A stretch of 64,000 nt of DNA from an uncultured Gemmatimonadales bacterium (lineage in GTDB: Bacteria > Gemmatimonadota > Gemmatimonadetes > Gemmatimonadales > Gemmatimonadaceae), in contig CAVPQB010000005.1 of assembly GCA_963707505.1 (NCBI GenBank), positions 64,001-128,000 of the forward strand, written 5' to 3'. The notes under the pieces were generated by a model, which saw only the letters and a list, made by a program, of their open reading frames with translations, was not told the DNA's origin and made no database searches. The first letter of the stretch is position 1, and every line of letters begins with the position of its first letter. The translations under genes and the position numbers were made by a program. This document shows positions 25,354-36,059 of this stretch, piece by piece.

Positions 25354-25434
25354 CGAGTCTCCTACGTGGATGGTGATTTTTACGACGTTCCGAGGATCGC
25401 CGTATCCACCGGATTGACACTCAGGAACAAGATA

Positions 25435-25464
25435 AAGCCCCGCATCGAAGAACGATGCGGGGCT
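25435..25464 (-). terminator. Hairpin terminator after tRNA-Pro
   Basis: agccccgcatcg-aagaa-cgatgcggggct followed by T-rich run on the minus strand. Confidence 0.7.
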
Positions 25465-25479
25465 CTATTTGCAGCAAGG

Positions 25480-25553
25480 TCGGGGCGGCCAGATTCGAAC
25501 TGGCGACCTCCTGCTCCCAAAGCAGGCGCGATACCGGGCTACGCTACGCCCCG
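25480..25553 (-). tRNA. tRNA-Pro(TGG)
   Basis: CGGGGCGTAGCGTAGCCCGGTATCGCGCCTGCTT-TGG-GAGCAGGAGGTCGCCAGTTCGAATCTGGCCGCCCCGA; follows rph-rdgB. Confidence 0.95.
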
Positions 25554-25582
25554 AGTCAATGAACTTAGTCGGGGTCGGACGG

Positions 25583-26218
25583 TTACGGCAACGCTCGGGC
25601 GTTTTCTCCGGAGAGCACCTCGAGCAGCGACCTGAAGGCGCGGCCCCGGTGCCCTATCCGCTCCTTCTCCTCGTCCGACGCCTCGCCGAAGGTCTGCTGC
25701 AGCTCCTGCGACACGAAGTGCGGGTCGTAGCCGAAGCCGCTGAATCCGCGCGGCTGTGGGACTATCACGCCGGCGGTGCTCCCGGTTCGCACGACGGCGC
25801 GCTCGCCATCGACGAAGGCAGCTGCACAGATGAACGACGCCGTCGCCGGCAGCGCGTTCATGCGGCGGAGCTGGCCCAACAGCGCCGCGTTGTTCGCAGC
25901 GTCGAGCGATTTGCCCGTGAGATCAGCACGTCCCGAGAAACGCCTGCTGCGCACGCCTGGCCGGCCTCCGAGTACATCGACCGCAAGTCCGGAGTCATCG
26001 GCGAACGTGGGAATGCCGGTGCGTCGATAGAAATACTGCGCCTTGGCGAGCGCGTTCTCCTCGAACGTCTCCCACGACTCGATGGAATCTTCGTCGTCCG
26101 CTTCGGTCACGCCGGCCTCGGTCAGGTCGGTGATCTGAAATGCGGTATTGGCAAAGATGCCGCGGAGCTCGCGCAATTTTCCTGGATTGCGTGTCGCGAT
26201 GAGAGCGCGCGTTGTCAC
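25583..26218 (-). CDS. rdgB: Non-canonical purine NTP pyrophosphatase (RdgB/HAM1)
   Basis: [38 protein letters not shown]. Confidence 0.93.
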   Translation of the reverse strand: MTTRALIATRNPGKLRELRGIFANTAFQITDLTEAGVTEADDEDSIESWETFEENALAKAQYFYRRTGIPTFADDSGLAVDVLGGRPGVRSRRFSGRADLTGKSLDAANNAALLGQLRRMNALPATASFICAAAFVDGERAVVRTGSTAGVIVPQPRGFSGFGYDPHFVSQELQQTFGEASDEEKERIGHRGRAFRSLLEVLSGENARALP

Positions 26219-26934
26219 CGGCCGAGTGCCACGGTCTGTCGCTCCGTCAAATCGGTGATGCCGCGCGTGGCGAGCTCGAGCAACCGATCGAGCTGAGCAC
26301 GATCGAAGGTGCCGTGCTCACCGGTGCCCTGCACTTCCACGTACTTGCCTTCCGAGCTCATGACCACGTTCATATCCACTTCCGCACGCACATCCTGCTC
26401 GTAATCGAGGTCCAGTCGCGCGACGCCGTCGATCACACCGACGCTCACTGCGGCGACCCGCCGACGGATCGGCGACGCGGGGATCTTGCCCTGTGCGACC
26501 ATCCAGTCGAACGCATCAACTGCTGCAACGGCCGCGCCAGTTATCGCCGCGGTGCGCGTTCCGCCGTCCGCCTGAAGGACGTCGCAGTCGAGCTTGAGCG
26601 TGAACTCTCCAAACTTGAAGTCGTCCAGCATCGCCCGAATCGATCGGCCGATCAACCTCTGAATCTCCTGCGTCCGTCCGCCAATCTTGTCGCGCTCGCG
26701 CGACGTGCGCGTGCGCGTCGCACGCGGGAGCATTGCGTACTCCGCGGTCAACCAGCCCTCGCCGCGCCCGCGACGCCACGATGGCACGCTGTCCTCGATC
26801 GATGCTGCGCAGAGCACCTTCGTCATTCCGAAAGAGATGAGACACGATCCCTCTGCATACGGTGAGACACCGCGCTCGATGGACACTGGCCGCATCTGCT
26901 CTTCACCACGCACTGCTACTTCAGAACTACCCAC
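26215..26934 (-). CDS. rph: Ribonuclease PH
   Basis: [48 protein letters not shown]. Confidence 0.96.
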   Translation of the reverse strand: MGSSEVAVRGEEQMRPVSIERGVSPYAEGSCLISFGMTKVLCAASIEDSVPSWRRGRGEGWLTAEYAMLPRATRTRTSRERDKIGGRTQEIQRLIGRSIRAMLDDFKFGEFTLKLDCDVLQADGGTRTAAITGAAVAAVDAFDWMVAQGKIPASPIRRRVAAVSVGVIDGVARLDLDYEQDVRAEVDMNVVMSSEGKYVEVQGTGEHGTFDRAQLDRLLELATRGITDLTERQTVALGR

Positions 26935-27403
26935 GCATCCGCTCTATGATTGAGGTTGTAGACTGGCCGGCAGTCAGTGGCACCACGATTACGTCGCCTC
27001 CGCGCGCGCGAACTTCCTGCGCGCCGACGATGGTCGCCTCGGTGTAATCGCCGCCCTTCACTATCACATCGGGCATGAGACAGCGCATGAGCTCGAGCGG
27101 CGTGTCCTCATCGAAGACGGTGACAACGTCGACCGCTTCGAGTGCGGCGATGACGTACGCGCGCTCGATCTGCGATCTGATGGGACGTGAATCGCCCTTG
27201 AGCCGGCGCACGGAATCGTCGCTGTTGATTCCGACCACGAGCGCATCACCCGCAGCACGCGCGGCCTGTATCACATCCACGTGCCCCGGATGCAGCAGAT
27301 CGAAGACGCCGTTCGTGAACACCACGCGGCCCCAGAAGTCGGTGCGCCAGTCGCGCATCGTATTCCACGACATCACTTTCGAAGCGGCGTCGCGTGGTGT
27401 CAC
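26927..27403 (-). CDS. rfaE2: D-glycero-beta-D-manno-heptose 1-phosphate adenylyltransferase
   Basis: [39 protein letters not shown] start at 27403 overlapping upstream stop. Confidence 0.9.
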   Translation of the reverse strand: MTPRDAASKVMSWNTMRDWRTDFWGRVVFTNGVFDLLHPGHVDVIQAARAAGDALVVGINSDDSVRRLKGDSRPIRSQIERAYVIAALEAVDVVTVFDEDTPLELMRCLMPDVIVKGGDYTEATIVGAQEVRARGGDVIVVPLTAGQSTTSIIERMRG

Positions 27404-27750
27404 AACGGCCCCCTCTCGTTCAGGATGAAGTGAACAGTGCGTGAGTAACGCAAAAGCTTCCATGAATCGTCGTACGATCCGAAGATATGAATCGAGCTCG
27501 GCGCGCGCTCCACCGTCACGTGGTAGGCCTCTTCCGGAAGATCGAGAGAGTCGGCGGCGGCCCAGATTTCCTGGCGAATACCGTCGTCCTTGCGGAACGT
27601 GGCGTAGCGCACCTGTTGATCGACCGCATCGCGAAAACGATAGAAGCGCATGTACGGCGCGCCGACGTTGATGACAACGTACGTTACGACCGCTATCGTC
27701 AGCAGCCAGCCGAGGCAACCAAGATCGGACGCGCCACGCCGCGTCACCAT
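27400..27750 (-). CDS. Hypothetical membrane-anchored protein (prepilin-like N-terminus)
   Basis: MVTRRG then a hydrophobic helix; translationally coupled on both sides. Confidence 0.7.
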   Translation of the reverse strand: MVTRRGASDLGCLGWLLTIAVVTYVVINVGAPYMRFYRFRDAVDQQVRYATFRKDDGIRQEIWAAADSLDLPEEAYHVTVERAPSSIHIFGSYDDSWKLLRYSRTVHFILNERGPL

Positions 27751-28256
27751 TGCGATTGCACGCCTTCGACGATCGCCGTCACCAGCTTGTCCACCGCCCT
27801 GGAGCGGCCAATGCTCTCCTCACCTTCGTTGTACTGACCATCGACAATGTATCCCTTGCGCGACCAGAGGCTCTTACCCGTGACCTGATCCACGACGTCG
27901 ACGTCGAGCACCATCTGCAAGGATCTCTGCACCGCTGTAGGCGTGCCACGTGAGCGCGCGTCGACGCCGATTGGAATGCCTGATTCATAACGACGAATCG
28001 TTCCGCGCACGACAGCGCTCGCGCGTGCTTCAGACGCCTCGCGCAAGCCGAGCCGACTTATGAGGCGAACACGCAGCGAATCCGAGATCTCGCGCTGAAT
28101 GTCTGCGACGGGAGTCTGATTGTCGAACGGAATGACGGCGATGGTATGCACGTGCGACGGCAGGCCGCCCCCGTGAAAGCCGTATAGGCAGCCAGCGGCG
28201 GCGAGCAGGAACGGAGCAACGAGGAGAAACTTCCTAAAAGCGCCAGATGGACGCAT
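27744..28256 (-). CDS. lptE: LPS assembly lipoprotein LptE family
   Basis: Lipobox [29 protein letters not shown]-terminal W; likely start MRPSG at 28256. Confidence 0.75.
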   Translation of the reverse strand: MRPSGAFRKFLLVAPFLLAAAGCLYGFHGGGLPSHVHTIAVIPFDNQTPVADIQREISDSLRVRLISRLGLREASEARASAVVRGTIRRYESGIPIGVDARSRGTPTAVQRSLQMVLDVDVVDQVTGKSLWSRKGYIVDGQYNEGEESIGRSRAVDKLVTAIVEGVQSQW

Positions 28257-28902
28257 CAAACGGCGGTACCGGTTGTTGGATCTCGATATCAAGGACGAGC
28301 GAACGCCGTCCGGACAACTCATAACGAACTTTCTTTCCGGGAATTCTATCGACCCACTCGACGATCCTGTCTCCGGAGACTCGCTCGACGCGTGTAAGCT
28401 GGCTGCCGACGGCTGTGACTCTCCACTGGACCGGGGCGCCGAGGGAGGCCCGAAGTGTGTCGCCAGATACACGGATGATCGTATCGGAAACGGGAGGGAG
28501 CGCAAGACGCCCGAGCGCTGCCCAAAGGAGGGGTGCCGGCGGGACAAGATCGCGGCCATTGGAGCCCGGTGGCACCATCAGGCTGTCACCAACGAGTATC
28601 GCTGCCGCTGCCGCACCGAACCCGCCACCCAGGAACAGATCGACGCGCGCATGATCCGGCGGCCCCAACCGAGCCACGCCCTCCCCGCGACCGACTATCT
28701 GACCCTGATCCAACTCCCACTTGAATGTGATCTTTTGCGGAGTCACCGGGAGTGGGAATGGCGGGAGCGTCGCGTCGAGGGGCGCGACACCCGGAAGCGA
28801 GTGGATACGCGGCGCGCAAGCGGCTGCAAATGCAAGCAGCAGAATCGCAGAAAGTCGCCGAACATGATGCACGCGACGCAACACTCGCAGTTCGCTCACC
28901 AC
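28234..28902 (-). CDS. Hypothetical lipoprotein
   Basis: LLLAFAAAC lipobox; fits operon; exact start uncertain. Confidence 0.65.
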   Translation of the reverse strand: MVSELRVLRRVHHVRRLSAILLLAFAAACAPRIHSLPGVAPLDATLPPFPLPVTPQKITFKWELDQGQIVGRGEGVARLGPPDHARVDLFLGGGFGAAAAAILVGDSLMVPPGSNGRDLVPPAPLLWAALGRLALPPVSDTIIRVSGDTLRASLGAPVQWRVTAVGSQLTRVERVSGDRIVEWVDRIPGKKVRYELSGRRSLVLDIEIQQPVPPFDASIWRF

Positions 28903-30710
28903 CGTACGCGGATCGAGTCGATCGCGTCGCCTTCGACAAGTGCGTCCATCGTGTCCAGGCCGCTCGTTACGGCTCCAAAAACAGTGTAATGGCCGGTCAG
29001 ATGCGGTTGCGGAGTGAGCGTCAGGAAATACTGGCTGCCACCCGTATCCGGACCGGACAAGGCCATTCCAACTGCGCCGCGCGAATACGGCAGCAATGTG
29101 AGCTCGTCGCGAATCGCGTAACCTGGACCGCCCTCGCCATCGCCACGCGGATCGCCGTCCTGTGCGACGAAGCCGGGAACAACGCGATGGAATCTCAGGT
29201 TATCGTACGCACGCCTGTCGGCGAGTGTCGCGAAATTGAGTACCGTCAGCGGCGCCTTCACGCCGTCGAACGTGATACCAATACGTCCGCGCGCCGTGCG
29301 CATGGTTGCCGTTGGCGGATGTCCGCGCAGCGACGGCACCACTACACGACGAACAGCATTTTCGTACCAATCGAGTGGACGATCAACCACCGCCGTGTCG
29401 AGCGATCGCGCGTGATTTCCGGGAATCGAGCTGCGCACTGTCGAGTCGGGATCGGATTTGCCAGCAGTGAGCGCGCGCTGAACGGCGGCATCGCGACCGG
29501 CGGTATCACTTGCAGCGAGAACCTGATACGCAGCGCCGCGCACGCGCCCATCGGGATCACTCGTTGCACCCATTGCAACGGTGCGCGCGCGTGCAGTATC
29601 GCGCGAGGCGGACCATGCGGCGATCGCTACAGCTCGAAGGCGCCAATCGGACGACGCGCGCCACAGCGAGTCGGCGGGCAACGTCACACCGGAGGCAGTG
29701 GCCCCTTCGAGCAGCGATCTGCGCACCTTGTACGCCGTATCGAGATCCCAAGCCTCGCGCCATGCTGATACCGTCGTGTCAAACGCGGGCGCTGCGCTCT
29801 GAGCAGCAGCGACTCGCACGTTGCCATCACGGTCACGCAGCGCGTGGAGAATTACAGTACGTTCCGTAGTTCCGAATGATGCGAGCGAGTGAAGCGCGTT
29901 GATGCGAACGTACGGGCTTGGATCGGTGACAAGCACGCGCAGCCGCGCGATCGCGTCGGTGCGCAGCGAGTCGCCGACCATCTGCTTGCTTAAAACGCGC
30001 GCAAGCTCGGCGCGGAATGCGGCGTCCGGATGGGGCGCATCCAGCAGCGTCCTGACGCCCGACTTGGCACGAGCTCGCGCGACTGCATAAGCCGCGGCCC
30101 AGCGCAGATCCGCGTCGGGAGACCGGAGATAGGGAGCGATCGCGGCGAACCCGAGTGGGCGAATCTTGGACATCGCAATCAGCAGCTCCCGCGATGTCGA
30201 ACGCGCCGCTGCAGAGCGTTTGGGTGATTCGCCGAGCAGTGCGGCGATAGTGTCGGACGCCGGTGCGCCGATCTCACCGAGCGCCCATGCGGCAGACGGA
30301 GCCGCAGCGCCAGATGCGCGGACGATCGACGCGAGCATCGTTACCGAGCTCGTGTCGCGTACGAGACCGAGTCCGAATATTGCCGCAGACGCGACGACCG
30401 AGTCCGCGTCATGGGTGAGATCTCGTAGCAACGGCAGTGAGCGGCGCCTGTGCCGAAGCGCTACCTGCGACAGAGTGCGAGCGGCGGCGCGACGGATCTC
30501 CGCATCGTGCGATCCGAGCGCGCTCGCGAGGAGCACAGTATCGAGCACACGCTGGTCAGCAGACTTGAGAATGCGAGCGTAGAGCGTAACGTCGAGCGAG
30601 TCAGCTTTCGGCGCGTGACGCGCGCTGGATACCCGAAGCGCAACGTCCGGACGTGCGGCTTGAACACCGAAGCCGGAGAGCACGGTAGCCAGCGCCAGTG
30701 TCAGCAACAT
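28896..30710 (-). CDS. Exported HEAT-repeat protein with C-terminal cyclophilin-type PPIase
   Basis: Signal peptide, HEAT-like repeats, FHRVVPGFVAQDGDPRGDG, GMALSGPDTGGSQYF, PHLTGHYTVFG. Confidence 0.88.
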   Translation of the reverse strand: MLLTLALATVLSGFGVQAARPDVALRVSSARHAPKADSLDVTLYARILKSADQRVLDTVLLASALGSHDAEIRRAAARTLSQVALRHRRRSLPLLRDLTHDADSVVASAAIFGLGLVRDTSSVTMLASIVRASGAAAPSAAWALGEIGAPASDTIAALLGESPKRSAAARSTSRELLIAMSKIRPLGFAAIAPYLRSPDADLRWAAAYAVARARAKSGVRTLLDAPHPDAAFRAELARVLSKQMVGDSLRTDAIARLRVLVTDPSPYVRINALHSLASFGTTERTVILHALRDRDGNVRVAAAQSAAPAFDTTVSAWREAWDLDTAYKVRRSLLEGATASGVTLPADSLWRASSDWRLRAVAIAAWSASRDTARARTVAMGATSDPDGRVRGAAYQVLAASDTAGRDAAVQRALTAGKSDPDSTVRSSIPGNHARSLDTAVVDRPLDWYENAVRRVVVPSLRGHPPTATMRTARGRIGITFDGVKAPLTVLNFATLADRRAYDNLRFHRVVPGFVAQDGDPRGDGEGGPGYAIRDELTLLPYSRGAVGMALSGPDTGGSQYFLTLTPQPHLTGHYTVFGAVTSGLDTMDALVEGDAIDSIRVRW

Positions 30711-30711
30711 G

Positions 30712-31122
30712 TCAGGCGATTACCCGCACGCGCTCTAGTTGTTGCCTCAAAAGGTCAGGAATGCATGAGCCGCGGCCTTCGCGCGTCATGGCGACGAGCG
30801 TGGTGTAGCCAGTAGCGACGGCTACACCATCCGCGGTCTCGAGGTCATAGTCGAACCGAACCACTCTGGACCGGACTTCGGTAACGCGCGTCGTGATGCG
30901 TATGACGTCGTCGTATCTGGCGGGCTTGATGTATCGCAGGTGCGCTTCGACCACGGCAAGCGCCGTCCCCTCGCGCTCGAGCTCGGCATAGGTCATTCCG
31001 CCGAGCGCTCGGATGAGATCCGTACGGCCGATATCGCACCATGCGAGGTAATTGGCGTGATAAACCACGCCCATCTGATCAGTTTCCGCGTATCTCACGC
31101 GAACTTCGGTCACCTGGAGCAT
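30712..31122 (-). CDS. YbgC/FadM-family acyl-CoA thioesterase
   Basis: RVRYAETDQMGVVYHANYLAW. Confidence 0.9.
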   Translation of the reverse strand: MLQVTEVRVRYAETDQMGVVYHANYLAWCDIGRTDLIRALGGMTYAELEREGTALAVVEAHLRYIKPARYDDVIRITTRVTEVRSRVVRFDYDLETADGVAVATGYTTLVAMTREGRGSCIPDLLRQQLERVRVIA

Positions 31123-31157
31123 TTGTTAAGATACCGCCGCTGCGCTAAGCTTGTCGC

Positions 31158-31922
31158 GTGCTCAACACTCCATGCCACATCGTATCCGACCTGCATCTGG
31201 GCGTGGCGAATGCCGCAGTCGAACGATCGTTCGAAGGGTATCTGGCGGGAATTTCCGGAAAAATTCCGGCCCTGATAATCAACGGCGACCTGTTCGACTT
31301 CTGGTTCGAGTGGAAGACTGTGATTCCGCGACGGGGATTTCGGACGCTTGCCGCGCTGGCCGCGTTGCGGGAGAGCGGAACCGAGATTCTGTACATCGCG
31401 GGCAATCACGACTGCTGGGGCGGAGACGTTCTTCGCGACGACGTCGGCGTGGAATATCATGTCGGCCCTTGGGAGGGCCCGATCGGGCCGTGGCGGGTAC
31501 GTGTGGAGCACGGCGACGGCCTTCGAGAAGTCGAAGACCGGAAGTACAGGATGGTGCGGCCGATCATGCGGTCGCCGCTTGCGATCGGAATGTTCCGACG
31601 GCTGCATCCCGACTGGGCGACGCGGCTGGCGTCGGGCAGCTCCAATGCGAGCCGCACGTACTCCGCACGTGACGGCGGCGCGGGGCTGCGCGCGATCGGA
31701 CATGCACGACTCGCGTCGGAACCCGAGCTGGACGTCGCCGTTTACGGACACTCGCACGTCGCTGCACTCGAGCGTGTCGGCAGCACGCAGGTTTTCGCGA
31801 ACGCGGGGTCGTGGCTCGATGCACCGACGTACATCGAGATAACCGACAGCTCGATCGAGCTGCTACGGTGGAACGGGTCAGCCGAGCGTGAGAGTCTCCA
31901 CGTGATCGATCGCGGCGCCTAG
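31158..31922 (+). CDS. lpxH: UDP-2,3-diacylglucosamine diphosphatase (LpxH-like metallophosphoesterase)
   Basis: SDLHLG, GDLFDFW, GNHD, HGDG, GHSH, GSW. Confidence 0.82.
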   Translation: MLNTPCHIVSDLHLGVANAAVERSFEGYLAGISGKIPALIINGDLFDFWFEWKTVIPRRGFRTLAALAALRESGTEILYIAGNHDCWGGDVLRDDVGVEYHVGPWEGPIGPWRVRVEHGDGLREVEDRKYRMVRPIMRSPLAIGMFRRLHPDWATRLASGSSNASRTYSARDGGAGLRAIGHARLASEPELDVAVYGHSHVAALERVGSTQVFANAGSWLDAPTYIEITDSSIELLRWNGSAERESLHVIDRGA

Positions 31923-32684
31923 AAAGCGCTTCCCGACGTTACGGAACTGCTCGGGCACGTCGGAGGCGATGAAGCGCAAGCGGGAGTTGCCTTCGCGTGG
32001 AGCGTGACGCAATCCGCGTTCTGTCAGTAGGCGCGCAACCTCGCCCGCGGTTTCCTCGGCGCTGTCTATCAACTTTATGCTCGGTCCAACTGCGCGGGCG
32101 ATCACCGCCTTGATGAGCGGGTAGTGTGTGCAGCCAAGGACGAGCGCGTCGATTCCGATGTCTCGCAGCGGCGCCAGATAATCCTCCGCGACAAGATTTA
32201 TCGCGGGATGATCGAGCCAGCCTTCCTCGACGAATGGAACGAACAGCGGGCATGCGCGCGCCGTGACTTCGGCATCGTCGTCCAGTGCATGGATGGCGCG
32301 CTCGTAGGCGCCGGAGCTAACGGTTCCCTGCGTTCCGACGACACCAATGCGGCGCGCTATCGACGCGCGAACGGCGGCGCGCGCACCCGGCTCGATGACG
32401 CCCGTGATCGGGATGTCGAAATGCTCGCGCAGCGAATCGACTGCGTGCGCGGTCGCCGTATTGCACGCTACTACGACGTTCTTCACGCCCTGATCGCGCA
32501 GGAACGAAGTGATCTCGTGAGCGTAGCGAGTCACGGTCTCCGGACTCTTGGGACCGTAGGGAACGCGCGCCGTATCGCCGAAATAGATGATGTCTTCATG
32601 CGGCAACTGGCGCATGAGCTCGCGCACGACCGTGAGGCCGCCGATACCGGAGTCGAACACTCCGATGGGCGCGTTGGACTGCAT
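31878..32684 (-). CDS. murI: Glutamate racemase
   Basis: IGVFDSGIGGLTV, PYG, ACNTATA, LGCTHYP. Confidence 0.95.
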   Translation of the reverse strand: MQSNAPIGVFDSGIGGLTVVRELMRQLPHEDIIYFGDTARVPYGPKSPETVTRYAHEITSFLRDQGVKNVVVACNTATAHAVDSLREHFDIPITGVIEPGARAAVRASIARRIGVVGTQGTVSSGAYERAIHALDDDAEVTARACPLFVPFVEEGWLDHPAINLVAEDYLAPLRDIGIDALVLGCTHYPLIKAVIARAVGPSIKLIDSAEETAGEVARLLTERGLRHAPREGNSRLRFIASDVPEQFRNVGKRFLGAAIDHVETLTLG

Positions 32685-32712
32685 TTGTGTCAAAGTCTGT
32701 GTCAAAACCCGT

Positions 32713-33357
32713 TCAAAACGCGAGCGAGGCCCCGATGGCGGCACCGTTCGGTATTGGTGTCACCGCGACGTTGGCCTTGAAGTCCCAGAGATTCGCGGCG
32801 ACATAAGCATCGGCGCCGGAGATGATGTGATTGAAGATCAGCGCTGCGATCCAATCTTCATAATGCGTTCGACGCGCGCCGATGCGCGCGACGAGCCTGT
32901 TCTGCGTATAGCCGGTGGGAGTGATCACTCCAGTGACGGTGTCAGCAGTGAAGCCGGTAGGAATGCTGTCCCGCCGTGCGGCTCGCGCCTCGCGCAGATC
33001 CAGCGCGGACTTCCGCGCCATACCGATCGCGAGCACCTCACTCACCGCAAAGAGAATCGACGACGTGGGACGATCGAGGCGCGATTGAGCGAAGCCGGGA
33101 AGGAGCATTGAATAAATCATCGCGCGGCGTGGCGCGATGGGCGGGTGCTTGAGCGAGTCTGCGATCGTGTCTGCGACAATCGGCGTGCGACCGATCCCGA
33201 CGGGTTGCGTGCGCTGCGCGAACACTGGCGCGGCGGCGAGCAGCGACAACATCGTCGCGACGCAGGCGCGACGCGCGCGCGCGACCCCACGACGATGATG
33301 CGTTACGGGAGCCGCGTGGCGCGCTCGGCTCACGAGCTCGCCGACGCTGTCGCTCAC
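32713..33357 (-). CDS. Hypothetical membrane protein (DUF5683-like)
   Basis: PRRAMIYSMLLPGFAQ and ADAYVAANLWDF motifs; start uncertain. Confidence 0.6.
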   Translation of the reverse strand: MSDSVGELVSRARHAAPVTHHRRGVARARRACVATMLSLLAAAPVFAQRTQPVGIGRTPIVADTIADSLKHPPIAPRRAMIYSMLLPGFAQSRLDRPTSSILFAVSEVLAIGMARKSALDLREARAARRDSIPTGFTADTVTGVITPTGYTQNRLVARIGARRTHYEDWIAALIFNHIISGADAYVAANLWDFKANVAVTPIPNGAAIGASLAF

Positions 33358-33358
33358 G

Positions 33359-33745
33359 TCAGCGGTTGATCGCCACGATGGCGTCGATCTCAACGAGGGC
33401 ACCACGCGGGAGCGCGGACACCTGCACTGTGGAACGCGCGGGACGCGCCTCACCGAGCCAACGACCGTATACCTCGTTCACGATCGGAAACGCTGCCATG
33501 TCGTGGATGTACACGGTGGCCCGCGCAACGTCGGCCCAGGTCGCACCGGCGGCCGTGATCACCGCCGACAGGTTACGCATGACAATCTCGGCCTGCTCCC
33601 GCACGTCGCCTGTGGACATCTGGCCGGAGGCGGGGTCGAGAGCGATCTGACCGGCTGTATATAACATTCCGTTGACGATCACACCCTGCGAGTAAGGGCC
33701 GATCGCCGCGGGTGCGTTGTCGGTGTGGACGTGCTGGAGCGCCAT
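33359..33745 (-). CDS. ridA: RidA family enamine/imine deaminase
   Basis: APAAIGPYSQG, GQIALDP, PARSTVQVSALP, VEIDAI. Confidence 0.93.
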   Translation of the reverse strand: MALQHVHTDNAPAAIGPYSQGVIVNGMLYTAGQIALDPASGQMSTGDVREQAEIVMRNLSAVITAAGATWADVARATVYIHDMAAFPIVNEVYGRWLGEARPARSTVQVSALPRGALVEIDAIVAINR

Positions 33746-33917
33746 TTTGAAATCGTGAAAGAGCGAGCGAACACGCCCGCGCAGCAGCGCGGGCCACGAA
33801 TCAGGAAATATACCGCGTGGCCGGAAGTATTCGACGCGCCGCGGCGCTCACGCCCGGTACGTAATTCGCGGCTGTGGGTGGGTGCGGCGACGTCACGGAC
33901 GCCGCACGATGCGGCGA

Positions 33918-34268
33918 TCAGCGCTGCGGTTCTGGCGGGTGTTCTGGTTCCGTGTGATCGTCGCGCACGAGCTTCAGGTGACGCACGCCGGGCGTTGCGA
34001 CGTCGGCGGGTGGAGAGCCGGCGCGATAGTAAGGATCCAGCTCGCGAAGAGTGCCGCGTAGCTCACGATAGCTCGTGACCGCCTGCGAGTGAGCTATGGA
34101 CGCTTCGAGGCTGGAAGGCCCGAACTGGGCTTCGGCGAGTCGAGCAACGTAGTAACGGCGCCACGCCTCTCGTACGAGGCGCTCGGTGTGGCCGGTCGTC
34201 GGGGCGTCCGCACGAAGTGCCTTCCATTGGGGCATTGAAATGTCTGGTCGGCGGGGAGTGTCGTCCAT
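33918..34268 (-). CDS. Hypothetical protein
   Basis: ORF MDDTPRRPDISMPQW..; fills gap between tatD and ridA; no recognisable motif. Confidence 0.45.
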   Translation of the reverse strand: MDDTPRRPDISMPQWKALRADAPTTGHTERLVREAWRRYYVARLAEAQFGPSSLEASIAHSQAVTSYRELRGTLRELDPYYRAGSPPADVATPGVRHLKLVRDDHTEPEHPPEPQR

Positions 34269-34357
34269 GTCGGTGGGTATCGGCAGGACGGGGGAGTTTC
34301 CGAAACAAGTGGCGGGATTCATAGGAGGGAACATCACATTTCTGCTCTTTTCCGTCG

Positions 34358-35130
34358 CTACTGGCAACGGAATAGCCGCCGAGCGTTCTCCGTCACCTGG
34401 CTGCCGAGCACCGCGGGGTCGACGTTCCGTACACTGGCAACGCGAGCAGCGGTGAGCCCGACCCACGCTGATTCGTTGCGCTTGCCGCGATGCGGAACGG
34501 GCGCCAGATATGGCGAATCGGACTCGACGAGTAGGCGGTCATCTGGAATCGAGCCGGATGACGTCATCGCCAGTCCAGTTCTTGAAGGTGACGATTCCGC
34601 TGAACGAGATGTACCAGCCTGCGTCGAGCGCGGTACGCGCGAGATCTGCGCCGCGGTGTAGCAGTGCAGGACGCCACGAATGCCTTCCCTGCCCGCTTCG
34701 CGGACCATCGATGCGGTGTCGTCGTCGGCGTCGCGCGTGTGAACCACCGTGGCGCGGTCAAACCGCTTCGGCGAGCGCGATCTGCATCGCAAATGCCCGG
34801 CGTTGAGCATCACGTGGCGAGTTGTCGTAGTGGTAGTCGAGTCCGCACTCGCCGACGGCGACAGCACCGGCATCGAGCAAGCGCTCGAGCTCCGCGATGT
34901 CAGCGACGCGGATCGAACGACGCCGCGTCGTGCGGGTGGATTCCGGCCGTGAATACGAAGCCCGGATCGTTGCCGCGATCCGGGCTGATTCGTTCGCCTG
35001 CTCGAGCGACTCACCGATGCAGACGATCGCCAGCAGCGCCCGCATCGCGGGCGCGTGCGATTACCGCGTCGCGGTCGCCGGCGAAGGCCGCGTCCGCGAG
35101 GTGGGCGTGGCTGTCGACGAAGATTGCCAT
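34358..35130 (-). CDS. tatD: TatD-family DNase (multiple apparent frameshifts)
   Basis: FVDSHAHL, AVGECGLDYHYD, VVHTRDA, GVLHCY, LLVESDSPYLAPVPHRGKRNE across frames. Confidence 0.88.
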
Positions 35131-36059
35131 GCGGCCGGTCTTGCGGGGCCATTTGCGTTCGATCCAGAGGAGCACCGGGCCTGCGACGTAGATGGAGCTG
35201 AACGTTCCGGTGACGATTCCGAACGCCATCACCCAGGCGAACGGCCGAATGACTTCTCCGGCAAAGATGCAGCAGCGCGAGCGTCGCGGCCGCAGTCGGT
35301 GGCGTGCGTCAGGATCGGATCGCGGCAGCGTCTCGTTGATCGCGCGGTTGAGCGTCTCGTACAGCGACTCCTTGCGTCCCTTGCGCAGATTCTCACGCAC
35401 GCGATCGAAGATGATGATCGTGTCGTTGAGCGAGTATCCGAGCACGGTGAGCAGCGCTGCGACGACCGTCAGCGAGATCTCGAGGTGCATCAGCTTGAGG
35501 AAGCGCGATCGTCGTGAAGACGTCGTGGCTCGTCGCGATGACTGCGGCAGTGCCGAAGCGCCACTCGAACCGGATCGCGAGATAGACGAGCGTGATCGAG
35601 GAACGACAGCAGGATCGCGATGATCGCGTTCGCGGCGCAGCTCACTACCGACGCGTCGGGCCACGCCTTCGGTGCGCATTACCTTGACGTTGTTGCGACC
35701 GAATCTCTGCTTCAGCACCCTGTCGAACGCTTCGGCGACGATCTCGGCGCCGCTCGACTGCGCGGCGACTTCGCTCAGCGCCACTGAACGCGGAGCGTGA
35801 AGTCGCGGTTCGAGCCGAACTGCTGGATCTCGGCATCGTGGAATCCGGCCCGGTCGAGCGTGCGCGAATCTCGCCGACATCCGGCGGCTGCGTGAACTGC
35901 AGCTGCATGAGCGTGCCGCCGGTGAACTCGATGCTGTAGTTCAGCTCCCTTGATGGCGAGCGAGCCGATGCCCGAGGACGATGAAGGCGATCGTGAGACC
36001 GACGGCACCTTCCACCAGCGGATGAAATCGTAGTTCGTGTCGTGAAGAATTCGAAGCAT
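35130..36059 (-). CDS. secF: Protein translocase subunit SecF (multiple apparent frameshifts)
   Basis: [49 protein letters not shown]. Confidence 0.88.

Noticed and set aside
35011..35880. Apparent SecF-TatD fusion ORF
   Set aside because: It lies in the indel-rich zone; a lost stop or frame error is more likely than a real fusion.
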